From positions 1 to 30,434 of the forward strand of contig JALDTO010000128.1 in NCBI GenBank assembly GCA_023515725.1: DNA of 30,434 nucleotides, given 5' to 3'. The notes under the pieces were generated by a model. That model saw only the letters and a program-made list of their open reading frames with translations, did no database searches and was not told the origin of the DNA. Position 1 is the stretch's first letter, and each line of letters opens with the position of its first letter. Source of the stretch: Amoeboaphelidium protococcarum X5 (lineage: Eukaryota; Fungi; Aphelidiomycota). A program made the position numbers and the translations under genes. This document shows, piece after piece, positions 1 through 12,448 of the stretch.

Positions 1-79
1 GAGGCGTGGGAAGATCAGTACGCCACTCAGCACCGAGATGTGGTATCAGCCTCATGACCAGGTGTTACGTTAACATTCA

Positions 80-152
80 CCTCAATTGGTCCAATGGTTC
101 AGGATATCCCGCTTTCACCGGGGTGGTCGGAGTTCGATTCTCCGATTGGGAG
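80..152 (+). tRNA. tRNA-Glu (anticodon TTC)
   Basis: Cloverleaf: D stem GTCC/GGAT (89-92/102-105), anticodon stem TCCCG/CGGGG with loop CTTTCAC (TTC at 114-116), T arm CGGAG-TTCGATT-CTCCG (128-144), 3' acceptor ATTGGGA (145-151), Pol III terminator TTTTT at 156-160. The 5' acceptor CCTCAAT has a C1:A72 mismatch. Confidence 0.92.
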
Positions 153-594
153 AACTTTTTGCTTCCCCTTTTGATTGGTATTTAAGATAGTACAGACATT
201 GAAGTTGAATATTAGGATTATATAAAGTCCCTTTTGTTGAAAATACGTTGGAATGCAATTAGTGTTGAAAATTGCATTGTGCAAAATCTCGAACATTCGT
301 AATCGCGTGAATTTCTACAAAACGTAGCAATATTAGCGAGACGTTTTAACGTAGCATGCATGCCAAAACTGCGCTATAGTACGCATCCTGCATGAGATTA
401 AGTGAGAGACACGCCCACTTGCTCTTCTACCACACAGAGTTATAAACAGCAGTAAATAGTCCTGTATCTCTCATACTCACTTCACTCTCTTCCTTTATTC
501 TTTACAAATCTGAGATGATATACCAAAAATGTATAAATTCTTGGATTAAATTCATTTTAAATTTCCAGAATAAAACTTAATTTCACTTGCTGTT

Positions 595-1287
595 TCACTG
601 GGCTTTTAATAAGCAGTAGATTCTTGCAGTACGCTCATCGGCCTAGCTGATTAAAACGTTCTCACGCAAATCCAACAGCTTGCACTTTTACTCATTGTAA
701 ATCTAATGCAAAATTTTGTCCCAGTCACTGCGCGTCTTTTCATAATAAGCATTGCTTACTGTGAAAGATATTAAACCACCAGGCGCTAATAACCTGACCA
801 AGTCCAAAAGGGCGTTGCACGGGACATGTCCATCAGTAAATGTACCAACAGATACTATAAGATGGAATGGTAACTCGTCTTATAACCAAGTGTGCATTCG
901 CTAACGACACGCGGTGGAGCTATCCCAATAGTCTGCAATATACCTATCATACAAGCTGGAATTTTTCGCGATTTATAGCATTTCCTTTGACAAATCCATT
1001 GCGGTCAGTGACATATTCTAATTTATCATAAGTTCCTTGCACTCTCTGGCGACCAATCCCGTCCCAGCCCCAAAGTCTAGTAGACGCCAAATTTTTACAT
1101 TGTTTAAATGCTCTTTCGCGTACTTGAATAAGATTTCGCAGCAATACTTTGGTAAACAATATCCGTAGGACTACAAATCTTAGTCGTAATCTGACGACCA
1201 CTTAGCATACAGTTTTCGCGTCTCGTCAGGCGTTGCTGCTGAATAGACCTTATGCAGCAACTGCATCTTCTGACTTTTGTTGTCCAT
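595..1287 (-). CDS. Class I SAM-dependent methyltransferase, METTL27/WBSCR27-like (alternative upstream ATG at 1404)
   Basis: With TAR=Gln the frame is open from 1404 to TGA at 595-597: MDNKSQK...LYAKWSSDYDQDLQSYGY...LLDFGAGTGLVA (motif I)...AMDLSKEML...VSVGTFTDGHVP...LVRLLAPGGLISF. Absent from the standard-code ORF track. Confidence 0.85.
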
Positions 1288-1584
1288 ATTACAGTAATCT
1301 TAGTATTCCACAATAGAAAAAGTGCCGTCGATCTCGATCGAAACAAATAGCGCACCTAGGGCATTTTATTACTCCACACCGTTGAAGAAAGACTATGTGT
1401 ACATATTTTACGTGTATGAAGCACATTTATTAAAACTTGAAAGTTCATTAAACATCCGGCCTCAATAAGTTAATCAGCCTTCCTTTACAAACATACTTAT
1501 ACCGCAATTTGGTCTGAATCTCAGAGATCGCTCAAACGCAACTCATTACTTCTCTCAAATGGAAAAGTTGATTAAAAAGTTAAA

Positions 1585-2448
1585 ATGCAGCTCAATCTGA
1601 ATCCCTCTATATTCTCAACTATCTCCTCTGATGTGGACTCTATAGCATTAGCTTATCTCTTGTAAAGCTTCAACTAGGACTTTACCATAACTTACGCGTA
1701 ATCATTCTCTGGACAATAGTATCCTCGGCTGAAGTTGGACAATGGCTAGCTGGTGGATCGCCGGGAATTGGAGAATTACATACGCACTTCAATTATATAA
1801 TCTCGCGCTGATGATTAAAATATAATAGTGGACTCTGTTCTTAAAGAGTTGGAGATTATATTACGCGTCTTTTGGTTCTGCAATCTAGATAATGAGCGTT
1901 TGGTATTGCAAGAGTTGCGCAAGAAGCGATCTTTAATTGACTCCTTTGCTATGGATGTGGCATATTCTCTTAACTTGGCAGAGTCAGTTCAAGATTAGAC
2001 GCGTAAAGTGTATAAAGTTTTATACAACAGCGACATGAAGAATATTTAGTTAAAGGCATTTTAATTATTGGAGGCTCTCGACCATCAACTACTAAATGGT
2101 GAAATGAGCACATTATAGGAGTATCGAGTGTTTGCTTATCTACAACTGCTGCACTCTGTGTCTAATTTTGAAGATTAGTGGTTGTTGGATTAGTACAAGA
2201 CATTTTAAACGATGACCAAGTTTTATTAAAGGAAGTGTATTGAATTAATTGATCAAGTACCGTATACTGAAAGTATTTGGATGAAAGTGAGTCTGAATTA
2301 GCGCACATTTTAAATGCCTTCCATCAACTTGTCAACAGGAACTCTAAGGCGTGTCGATTATAACGCTGTGGGTACTGTACTAGTTGGAGTGTCTGCTATT
2401 GCATTATACGCATGCAGTCGCGGTATTATCACCCTAGGAAGGTAATGA
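1585..2448 (+). CDS. Metaxin/Sam37-like mitochondrial outer-membrane protein (287 aa)
   Basis: TGA-free frame with TAR=Gln: N-terminal SSDVDSIALAYL, GST-C-like AFQLLEALDHQL...VFAYLQLL, C-terminal transmembrane segment AVGTVLVGVSAIALYAC; ends AGG TAA TGA. Family call is from motif resemblance only. Confidence 0.65.
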
Positions 2449-2534
2449 TACATACACTGATATAATAGAAACAATTATAAATGTTGAATTTTTCATTTCT
2501 ATATTGCATGCAACTGAATGGTAAATCACTAGAA

Positions 2535-3416
2535 TCAAAGCTTCTATCTTCCTGGTATATAATCTTTAGCGGTAATCTAATTCATGAGATCTTCTGCCAT
2601 TACATCAGTATCGCTGTGGTAATTCTTCTTTTACTAATGCATCCTACTTTTATCTTGAGTAGCCGGCTTATCTGGGCCTTTGATACCATTAAAAGCACGT
2701 AATGATCCCGATTTCTTACGTTAGTACAACTCCGGTTAATCAACATTAGCTTTACTCGAGTAATCTTTAAACTACTTCTCGTTATGGTCAACTTTCATAT
2801 CATTAGCAAAACTTGAATGGTGTCCAGATGAGAAAGGATTCCAATGTTGATCAGAATCATTATTATCAACATTACCAGGATTTTTGTTATACGTAACTTC
2901 TTCAACAGGAGTAGGCGCAGATAAAGATCGACTTCTATTCAAAGTGAGGACTGAGCCAAGTAGAGACTGTCGCAATATTTCAAATCCTTTCTAAGATAGT
3001 GTTTACGACGTTTTATACGCTTTAGTCTGAACATCTTACAGCGCCCTATCGATATGCGGCTCGTGTTTCTTCAACGTTGGATGTATGTAGAAACGGTAGA
3101 GATAAATGTGACCCTTTGTAAATGGCAGAATCAGCCAGAGGATAAATATCAACTTGATCGAGTAGTAGAATGGAAGCCAGAATACGAAAATATCAGTAAT
3201 CAACTCAATCGTGGAGAAAATGGCAATAACTATCCAGTACATGAGCCACGGCACCATTTGCTTCAAGTCTCGACTCCTCAGTGCCTTGTAAGAAGCATAA
3301 GCCGGGTAGAGGAATGCAATAATGTTGCTACATTAAATTCAATGATCTTTGATATAAAAGCAATAAAACTTAACAACTAATGCTTACCACACAAACTTGG
3401 AAGTAAAATGTATCAT
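2535..3416 (-). CDS. REEP1-4/HVA22-type (TB2/DP1) ER-shaping protein; exons 3416-3388 and 3327-2535
   Basis: Spliced product MIHFTSKFVCNIIAFLYPAYASYKALRSRDLKQMVPWLMYWIVIAIFSTIELITDIFVFWLPFYYSIK...KGHIYLYRFYIHPTL, followed by a disordered tail read through TAR to TGA at 2535-2537. Confidence 0.9.
3328..3387 (-). other. 60-nt spliceosomal intron in the REEP gene
   Basis: GTAAGC donor (3387-3382), TAG acceptor (3330-3328), AT-rich, contains an in-frame TGA; removing it restores the conserved REEP N-terminus. Confidence 0.85.
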
Positions 3417-3873
3417 AACCATTTCTCATGCACACAATGCACAATGAAAGATATAAAAGAACAGCGCTGTAATTGTTTAAAGTCAAATCGGCCGTAATTT
3501 GTTTCTCTCTGCCTTCAATTTTGGCGACGAGAATTCCGATTGAAATGAGAAACGGTTTCATGTCGATCTGCAGACGATGAGTCTCAGAGCACATCGTCTT
3601 ATTCAACTACCAACCATAAAGCTTGATATCTCACATCTCCATGTCACTCCTGATGAAAGTACATTTAACAATAAGCATTCAAGCTCAATTGCACAATTCA
3701 ATTTATTTCATTGAGGTTGTCTGTGTGAGTTACGAATACAAAAAAGTCATAATCATCACGCGAATATCAAAAGCACTAAGCTAAGATGGTGATGCAAATC
3801 TATCAAAAAGATTCCCAAAATTTCTCGTTCAACTGACAGCAAGTAAATTTAAAATACCAAAATTGTTGATAGA

Positions 3874-5271
3874 ATGACGCAAGAGTAAATTCTAGCTGTA
3901 TTGTAAGGCCCAGACGGTAGCGAGGTTGGTCCGCAGTTGAATTTACCTCTAGATATCACACCGGCGAATTTACAATAATTGCTAAATCAATTTCTGAATG
4001 AGACTGACAACTATGCATTTTTTGTCAATGATACCGAGATCAAGTAGTCTTTGCGCGCTGATATCATTGATAAGTAGAAGATTAGTAGTGAGTAATCTCT
4101 TAGAATCAATTTCATTCCCCAGGCCTCCTTTAAGGTCAGTCCAGTGACGCGTTGCTCCTCCTCACTGACTGGCCATACAGAGTCTGTGATCTGCGTACAG
4201 TTCAGTCCTGATGGTCTACGCGCTGCCAGTGCTAGTGGTGATACCACCGTCAGAATATGGGATTTGAATACCGAGACTCCACAGCACACTCTGACTGGTC
4301 ATAAGAACTGGGTGCTATGTCTCGCTTGGTCACCGGATGGAAAGTACGTTGCCAGCGGATCAATGGATAACACTGTTATTGTATGGAATGCAAAAACTGG
4401 CAAGCAGGTGGGTGCACCTCTGCGCGGTCATTCAAAGTATGTCACCTCTATTGCGTGGGAACCATACCATCTCAATCCAGAGTGTTAAAGATTGGCAACC
4501 AGTTCTAAAGATGGTACGGCACGCGTCTGGAATGCCATCAATGGAAGATGTGAGTTTATTGTTAGTAGTCACACGGACGCCGTATCATGCGTCAAATGGA
4601 GTGGTGAAGGCATGCTGTATACCGCTAGTAGAGATAAGACTATCAAAGTGTGGGATGCGAAGAATGGTGTGCTTATACGCACTTTGGTGGGTCACGCGCA
4701 TTGGATTAATTGTATGGCTCTGAGTACTGATTATGTACTAAGACAAGGACCGTACAGCGATGGTGATTGCAAACTGATGACTGCTGAAGAGTGCAAGGAG
4801 AGGTACGAGCAGGTTAAGTAGAAAGCTAAAGGTGAAAGGCTGGTAACAGGTAGTGATGATTTCACAATGTTCCTGTGGAGTCCTTCTACAGATAAGAAGC
4901 CGCTCGCTAGAATGACTGGTCACCAGCAATTGGTTAATCACGTTGCGTTTACTCCGGACGGTCGCTTGATAGCTAGTGGTTCGTTTGACAAGTCGATTAA
5001 GCTCTGGAATGGATTAAATGGAACATTTATTACATCTCTAAGAGGCCATGTATCTCCAGTGTATCAGGTGTGCTTCTCGTCCGATTCAAGGTATCTTCTG
5101 AGTGGTTCCAAGGATTCGACTCTAAAACTTTGGTCATTGGATACTAGAACATTAAAGGCAGATCTTCCCGGACATGCTGACGAAGTTTTCACTGTAGACT
5201 GGAGTCCAGGTAAAGAGGGACGCGTCATCAGCGGTGGTAGAGACCGCGTTATAAAGTTTTGGCGCAGATGA
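3874..5271 (+). CDS. NLE1: Notchless/Rsa4 WD40 ribosome-assembly factor (465 aa)
   Basis: NLE domain (GPQLNLPLDITPANLQQLLNQFL) plus WD40 repeats (GHTESVICVQFSPDG, SGDTTVRIWDLNTETP, GSDDFTMFLW, MTGHQQLVNHV, DLPGHADEVFTVDWSP). Three ORF-track fragments share one frame joined by TAA/TAG; ends at TGA. Confidence 0.96.
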
Positions 5272-5403
5272 TCGTGTTAAGATTACAATCCAGTTCGCAT
5301 AGACTTTCGCTTTGTTTTTGCCAATTAAATCACCCTTTAATTTTAACTTTGGAAAAATTCACTATTGTCGCTATTTTATTAGTAACTTGATATAATAATT
5401 AGT

Positions 5404-6390
5404 ATGAGCGGAAGAGTGTTGTGTTTTGGAAGTCTTAATGTGGATGATGTGTACACGGTGTAAGATATTGTAAGAAGTGGCCAGACGATATCGTCAACGT
5501 CGTATCAGGAGAATGCTGGTGGAAAGGGAGCGAATTAATCGGTGGCTTTGGCCAGAGCTGGTGCTTCAGTTATACACGCTGGCAGAGTTGGTGCTGACGA
5601 TGGAGGTAATATGATGGTCGAACTGCTTACCAAGGAAGGTATTGATACTGCAAGCATCCACAAAGATCCATAATGTCGAACTGGCCGTGCCATAATCCAA
5701 GTTAGTTCATCCACCGGAGATAATGCAATAGTCTTGTATCCCGGAGCGAATCATTAAATTGACACATAGCAGGTAGATGATGTTTTCTCCAGACACTAAT
5801 TTACCCACAATGACTGGCTGGTGGTGCAGAACGAAATTTCTTGTATGGACCACGTGTTATAGAAGGCGCGCGATTGCTCCATGTAAATAGTGTATAATCC
5901 AGCACCAATGTCCAGCGGTACACATAAACGTCTTTAGCATGTACACTTTTTGATCGTCAATGAGACTGAGGCTGAAGATTTGTGTGCACAATTGGGGTAG
6001 AGGATTGAAGCGGACAAGTTTTAGGATCAAGCGGAATATTTGGTGTCTAAACTGTCCACCGATACTGAATTGAAGTGTCTCATAATCACACTGGGAGCGA
6101 ATGGTCTGCTATGTAAACTTCGCATATCCGACAATAATTCTTAGTCTTGGGTGAGTATAAGACAACCGGCGCAAAAGATTAAAGTTGTAGACACGACATC
6201 GGCTGGCGATACTTTTGTTGGTTATTTTGCGGCTCTCCTGAAGGCCAAGATTGGTGCCGGGGCGTCTTTGGATCAGAGTATGGTGGCCAAGGTGCTTTCA
6301 GCTGCCACAAAAGCCAGTGCATTGGCATGCACGCGTTCTGGAGCTATCCCCAGCATACCGCATTTAAATGAATTGAACCTGACATAATGA
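5404..6390 (+). CDS. RBK1: Ribokinase (PfkB family, 328 aa)
   Basis: GSLNVD, GGKGAN(TAA=Q)SVALARAG, VVQNEI, YNPAP, LIVNETEA, ITLGANG, VVDTTSAGDTFVG; ends TAA TGA. Confidence 0.95.
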
Positions 6391-6506
6391 CACATTGCTT
6401 TGAATGACTATTGAAACGATGTTCAGCATTTTTAAAAATGAAGATTATTTATTGCATTCATAAGCGTAATTCATCATTGATCGATTATAGCACCCATTAG
6501 TGTAAT

Positions 6507-9500
6507 TCATTGATCGATATAATTCAACTTGACACACTCTTCAATAGCTTTAATATCGACAGATTTAGGATTAAAGTTGTACTGCAGTGTGGATTGGTTG
6601 GATTTGTACAATTCAGATAAATGACTGCGACCATTGAATGCCTAGTAGCAATTGTATGAAGCACTAATTACTAAATGGTTAATGCTATTTTACATGAGTG
6701 TAATAACAGGCACCAAATCTTGAATACTCTTTACTTTAGCACTAAACACGCCTAGCTTCATCTACACAGGAGACTACTTACACATTTTCTTATCAGCATC
6801 GAGGTTCGAATCATGTTCAGCGACACCCGTAGACTCAGTACAAAACTTGACAAACAGTTTACCAACAAGCGAGACAACCTGTTCGGAACCTGATACTCCA
6901 TTTTACAAAATGAGCCAACGATGTACTTGGAATTCATCGCTACTCATAAAGAGGACAATCTCCATGAATCTGAGAGCGTGATAAAGTTCTACGCAAATCT
7001 CGGGAGTTAGCTCTGAAATTTGACTTAGAATCACAGCCTCAACAAGGCGAGAGAGTTCATCAATCACAATGGGCCAGAATCCAACGAGACTTTTAGGTGA
7101 AATCTTCATAAAAACAATACAAAGACATTAATATGCCTCTGAATGCAACTATCGGTACGGAGTCTTGAATATATCAGCCAATTTCTCTTGTATACCAGGC
7201 CAACTAGCCAGAAAATAATCAACCTGTCTGCTAAATAGTGCAAGCGAGATTCTTTTCAAAGTGCTGCACCGATTAGAAATCTCATTGTCTCTGGAAGCGA
7301 ATAGACCGGATTAAGATGCGCTAAGTTAACTAAGTAATTCATCGATCCTCTCACGCTCATTTCCAAACACAATTCCCATAATTACAAGCCAATCCATGTA
7401 CGGGCTTTCATCCATCGGTAGGAAATGGGGGTTCAAAAAGCAATCCCAAGCCTCCTTGCGCCAACTTTTATAAGAATTCAACTATTTAGCCAATTAAAAC
7501 AACAAGTGGCGACACTAGACTCTCAATTCCAGGACGGGATGTCTGAGATAGTTAGATAAGATATAGTACGCGATGTTGACAAACAACTGAGTCTACTTTT
7601 CAGCATCTGGAAGAAAGATTGAGAAGTCATCAGTTAAGAGGATAGCCGAAGTAAAATGCAACATGATATCTAAAGCATATCGCAAAGGATCCACTTCTGT
7701 ATTGCCTGCAGACAGTGATGCCTTTGAGGAGGAAGATGCAACTGTGACATCATCACCAAGAGGTTTACTAACAGAGTTCTTCAATTTACTCATTTGTTGT
7801 ACCAGAGAATCAAGAACTTTTAAGTGAACATCTGCGACTTGCTTCTTTATGTTTTTATAATCCGCCTGATCTTCCAAGCTCCCGCATAACTCTTTCATTC
7901 GACGCTAATAAGCACTTAATAATCTGGAGAGATCGATATACTGATATTTGGAGCTCATAGACTACGATTCGCGCATAAACTGCTGCATATCATTCCATAG
8001 AGACAATAACAGACTTGGTTGATCGACAAATCGAATTAAACCAGATGCAAACTATGAAAGAACAACCAAGTCAGCAGCGGGTCTCTCTAAACCAATAGAA
8101 CGCCAGATTTTTGGCCTTTATGAATTATCGCCACCTAATGTTTCCTTCATCAGCTCGTACAATCCAGCCATTGCAACTCTGGCGTCAAACGAATCCAATC
8201 GTGCCAAAATTTCATAGACAGGAAAGGCCGATTTGTCACTCTACAATAGCTCAGCATACACTTTACAGGACGCTTCCAGCAAGTCCAGCGGGAATGGCTT
8301 CAAGAAGCTGTCCAGTATCTAATTGGCCGCCTGTTTGATTCTAAGATGCGATTAGGAATATTGACTGGCATCTATAGCAGATAGCGACATCCTTTTTACG
8401 ATAATTGAAGAAGTCTAAAAGACCGCCAAAGCAAGTGATTCGCGGACTTTATGATGAGGGGAGTAGGAATCTTCAGAGCTAACTTCGGTACTGAACACAC
8501 CACTCATCATATCAGTGATACCTTTCAATCCGTAAGAGCTGGGAGACTGAACTTGCCGTTCACCTAAAATTTCCCATACAGCTTCAGTCTAACAGAATGT
8601 GATCACTTTCTAAATGCAATGTGTCAACAGGTAGAGACGAGTCTCCTATATTGAAATAGCATCTGATTGACACATAATCTCAAGTTCCCGGATTAGGCAG
8701 TTGAGTATAGGGAGTAAGATTGACCGAAATTACAACTTCAAGTAATGCAAGGCAGATAGAATAAAGTCGCAAACGTAAGGCAGCACGGAGCTATTTGAAG
8801 GAGTGACCAGCGCCATGACGATTGTAGACAGGAATTGAGAGGATTAATCTGAAGGCCCAGTTGCTTCCCGAGGAAGAGTCTTGACACTAGACTCCAGCGT
8901 GACTATATTCTTCTGACTTATCACCTGTTGATGACGCCTTTAAGGAATTTGTGGAGAAGTCGGGAGAGATTGAGCAGGTTTATGGCTTTATCGTGAGACT
9001 GCCTGCATAGAAAAGTATAACAAAGTTAATAGACGGCCTTAAATACTAAAGTGTGACTCCTTGACTGCATTTTAGATCTGATCATAAACAAATTACTACA
9101 GCCTTTATAGTTACTAGAGATCAATCGCGTCGTTGCTCTTCTGGACAAGTATTTGCAAAACATCAACAGCAATACAATGAATCTCTGCCATTTCAGACAA
9201 ATCTTTAATACCAATAATGTTCTACAAGACAATCAATAACAATCCAGTATAAGATAACTCTGAAATGTTCACATCTTCAATATTTAATTGCGCTACAAAT
9301 TACAGATTTTCATCCCGGATCAGATTAGTGCACAACTGCTTGACCATCAGCGATCCACCATACTTAAATACGTCAAGCCAGACTTTGAGAACATGACCAA
9401 CAACATCCGTATCAAAATTGCCAAAGTTCCGAGTGGTGAATAGTGAAACATTAGAGATGGAGTCAATCTTCCCACGACAATAGCTATAATTAGAGGGACT

Positions 9501-11570
9501 TAATAAGATCAGAATGACAGGATCTACCAACTTCCACATTGTTTTGTAGTTGCACTTGAAGAATATCTCGGCAGCCATTTTAGAGTCCGGCTCACCATCA
9601 GTCAACAATTCAGCTATGAATAAAAGACACCAACCAAACTTGATAGAATTAGAGCTATCGTTACTATCAAGTAAACTCCAAAGCTATCCAAATTTATTGA
9701 TATTATCAGTTAAAAGATCATTATTGCAGCTAAGTATTCCAAATATTACTTCATCAAGTCGGAGCCGACAAGCGCCAGCAAGACGTAGTATTAAATCAAA
9801 ACAATCATTCAACCAAAGCTTCAATACCAAATCTTCCAAATTTTAGCATATTTTTATCTCAATGGCTTTGGTGCGTAACTAGCTTTCAATTAAATCTAAT
9901 AGTACACATAGGTAAAGCCTCAATAAAGATGCGTTTACACTTTGCAGTACATTACTCAGAATCACATCAAGCATTTCCTCACTACTAGAACAACAAACTA
10001 TTTGTTCACTCAAGCCAAGTAAAGTACATGTTACATCAGCAAGACGTTATAAAACTTCAGGCTAGTCCAACTAAGCCACTAGGCATCGTAGTAGCAAGGA
10101 GACTGTCAGTGGCATAAATTATTCACTTACAATCGTCTTCAATATTGCAATGTCAGTACTCTGTGAGCCTTACAATAGCGCGTCCAACTGATCAGTGTTA
10201 CATTCCAGATAAGCAGAATCACAATGTGGTAAACTTATTTTACATAATAGTTACTCCATGCAAGTAACGCAGTCCAATTACACGTGATTCAAACTTTTGA
10301 CCAGATGCAAGAACAATAGAGGATAATACACTTCTTACATTTCTTGAGATGTAACGTCAAAACGTTCAAAGAATGATATCATAGTTTAGTAATCAGATTC
10401 CATAACGCGTAACAATAGCAACTTGAATAGAATCTGAGGCTCTATGACATTGAAAAGCATTCCACAAATCTAGACCAATTCCAAATAAAATTAGCACTAT
10501 TCAACGAGATTAATCTAAACATGCTGTATCAATGTGACAAACATACTTTCAAACACTGGCAGACCAATATCGGTCCTATCTAATAATGATATCAAAATCT
10601 TAATAGGTCTCTACACATCTTCAATAGACTGAACTTCATACTAAAGATGCTACCTTATACCATCAACCACAATAGGCAAATATAACGTTGACCATTCAGA
10701 ATCATCAGAACATTTTTCCGGCCTAACCCAGGTGAAAAGGCGGCGATTAAGAGATATCTCCTTGTGCAATACAACACCAAGAGCACACGATACCAGTTTC
10801 TGTAAATCTTGGCCATCTAAAAGCTGAGAATCTAATGGCATGTGATTCACCAACAGCTCCATAGCCCCTCGTTCAACCAAAATGTTAGAATCAGACAGTA
10901 ATTCACTAAGCCCCGAGACAAATATACTCAAATCGTTGCCAAATACAGCAATCATCTATTCTCGAGTCTTGAATTATGGGAAATTAGACTACAAGTAGTT
11001 CACTACAGAGATTCTATATCGCGTCATCAAAACGGCAACTTGAAACAGAGCAGCGAAAAACAGCTACTGACCAACGTCTTGACGCACCTAATTCATCATT
11101 TTGACACTTTGATCATAAAACTCATTACCCAATTCTTCCAAGTTTGGCAATAAAGCAATAACGAATCCATCCAAGCACGGTATCAATTTACTCCCTAGCG
11201 GTATGTAGAATTCTGAATAGATCTTTAACAGCTGCGGCTTTATCTAAATACTGGCAAACTGCATAGTTTTGAATAAACACCCACTCCACAAATCAAGCTC
11301 TAGTACCAATTAGCCGTGACCAACGACACTCAAGATAAGACTGAGTGAATCCAAAGCCTTTGAGTGGACACCAGATGGTAAAACAGGATTGAGACATTGA
11401 GATAATCTCTTGGCCACCAGTCTTTTGTATGGAATATCTCTAATGTCCTTGTACGTCTACACCACCTTATTGAGATGTGTCAAAAACTTTATAATATCAG
11501 CCCACTCATTAACCAGCTCAAATGTAGCAAGAACCTTATTAAGAGCCTGAGCATATTTCTTTTCATCCAT
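6507..11570 (-). CDS. DOP1: Dopey family Golgi/endosome trafficking protein (about 1687 aa)
   Basis: Dopey_N motifs EWADIIKFL, KRLSQCLNPVLPSGVHSKAL, EISLNRRLFTW. Four ORF-track fragments (10650-10955, 9300-9608, 7593-7898, 6903-7109) are in the same frame as the ATG at 11570 and the TGA at 6507-6509. I did not check every internal codon. Confidence 0.92.
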
Positions 11571-12000
11571 TTATCACTACTGCTTTGCTTCTAATTAGGC
11601 AATCGCGATTCTCTTTTGGTGTTATTAATACCGCAAGAAAGAAGAAATCGAGTCAAATTCTCTCTTAACTCACAGCAAAGAGGGCGATGAAACACTTTAA
11701 AAACACTCGAGTACGGAGGGAGGGACGCGTTAGAAGAAAGTGAAGAACAAATTAAAGGATGCTATAGAAAGTTCACTGTTCATTTTCAGAAATTATAGTT
11801 CTAATAAGTCTCTTAATTATATGGTCATTCAATACGTTTTGCACAAGTAAAAAGAGCCTAAATGATACTTTACCAGTCCTTTTTAAAAGTAAGTTGACTT
11901 TACAAAGACTGTAAAACGCGGAATAAAATATCAAAACGTCAAGTTTCAACTCGTCCAACAACAACAAAACAATCTCTCATTCACTAACCGTAACGAGAGC

Positions 12001-12134
12001 GCATCCATGGCAACGCGGCGGCTCGATCAAAAAAATTCTCAGTGAAACGAAACAGTCCGTCAAGGCAACGCTGGTCACATAGTGATGAAGCAACAAGATC
12101 CACAATATTGAACATGGCTAGTATCGATGGCAAC
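12001..12134 (+). promoter_or_regulatory. Cluster of X-box-like (RFX-binding) sites upstream of RFX
   Basis: GCATCCATGGCAAC (12001-12014), GTCCGTCAAGGCAAC (12055-12069), GTGATGAAGCAAC (12082-12094), GTATCGATGGCAAC (12121-12134); each ends in the RGYAAC half-site of the X-box consensus GTNRCC-N0-3-RGYAAC. Confidence 0.6.
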
Positions 12135-12448
12135 CTTTGGAATTATTTCATGACTATACATCATAATAATACTGGAAGCATATTAAACATTTAATAAGCT
12201 TTATTATAGTAATTTACAAACTCTTACATTCTTAATTGTAAACAACAACTTATAAATTACAACCAGCCAGCCAGCTTTGAGAACAAACAAACCGCAATAT
12301 TTGTTGTTGTTGTTGGTCTCGTTTCCGCTCAATTTCTCTCTCTCTTCTATTTTACATTTGATCATTCAAACAATCCGTCTATTGTTGTTGTAGATAGATT
12401 ATAATACACACAGTCTTTCGATTAACTACTTTACACATTCATCTCATA

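Noticed and set aside
99-296. 65-aa minus-strand ORF
   Set aside because: Antisense to the tRNA and has no recognisable motif.
340-540. LTR-like segment (TATAAA at 441-446 followed by a pyrimidine tract) near the tRNA
   Set aside because: No TG...CA boundaries, TSD or second copy identifiable.
947-1355. ORF-track entries 947-1201 and 1104-1355
   Set aside because: Off-frame shadows of the methyltransferase, which lies in the third minus frame.
3570-3830. PAC-like GATGAG and RRPE-like AAAATTT upstream of NLE1, and a 45-codon ORF
   Set aside because: Partial matches expected by chance; the ORF is short and featureless.
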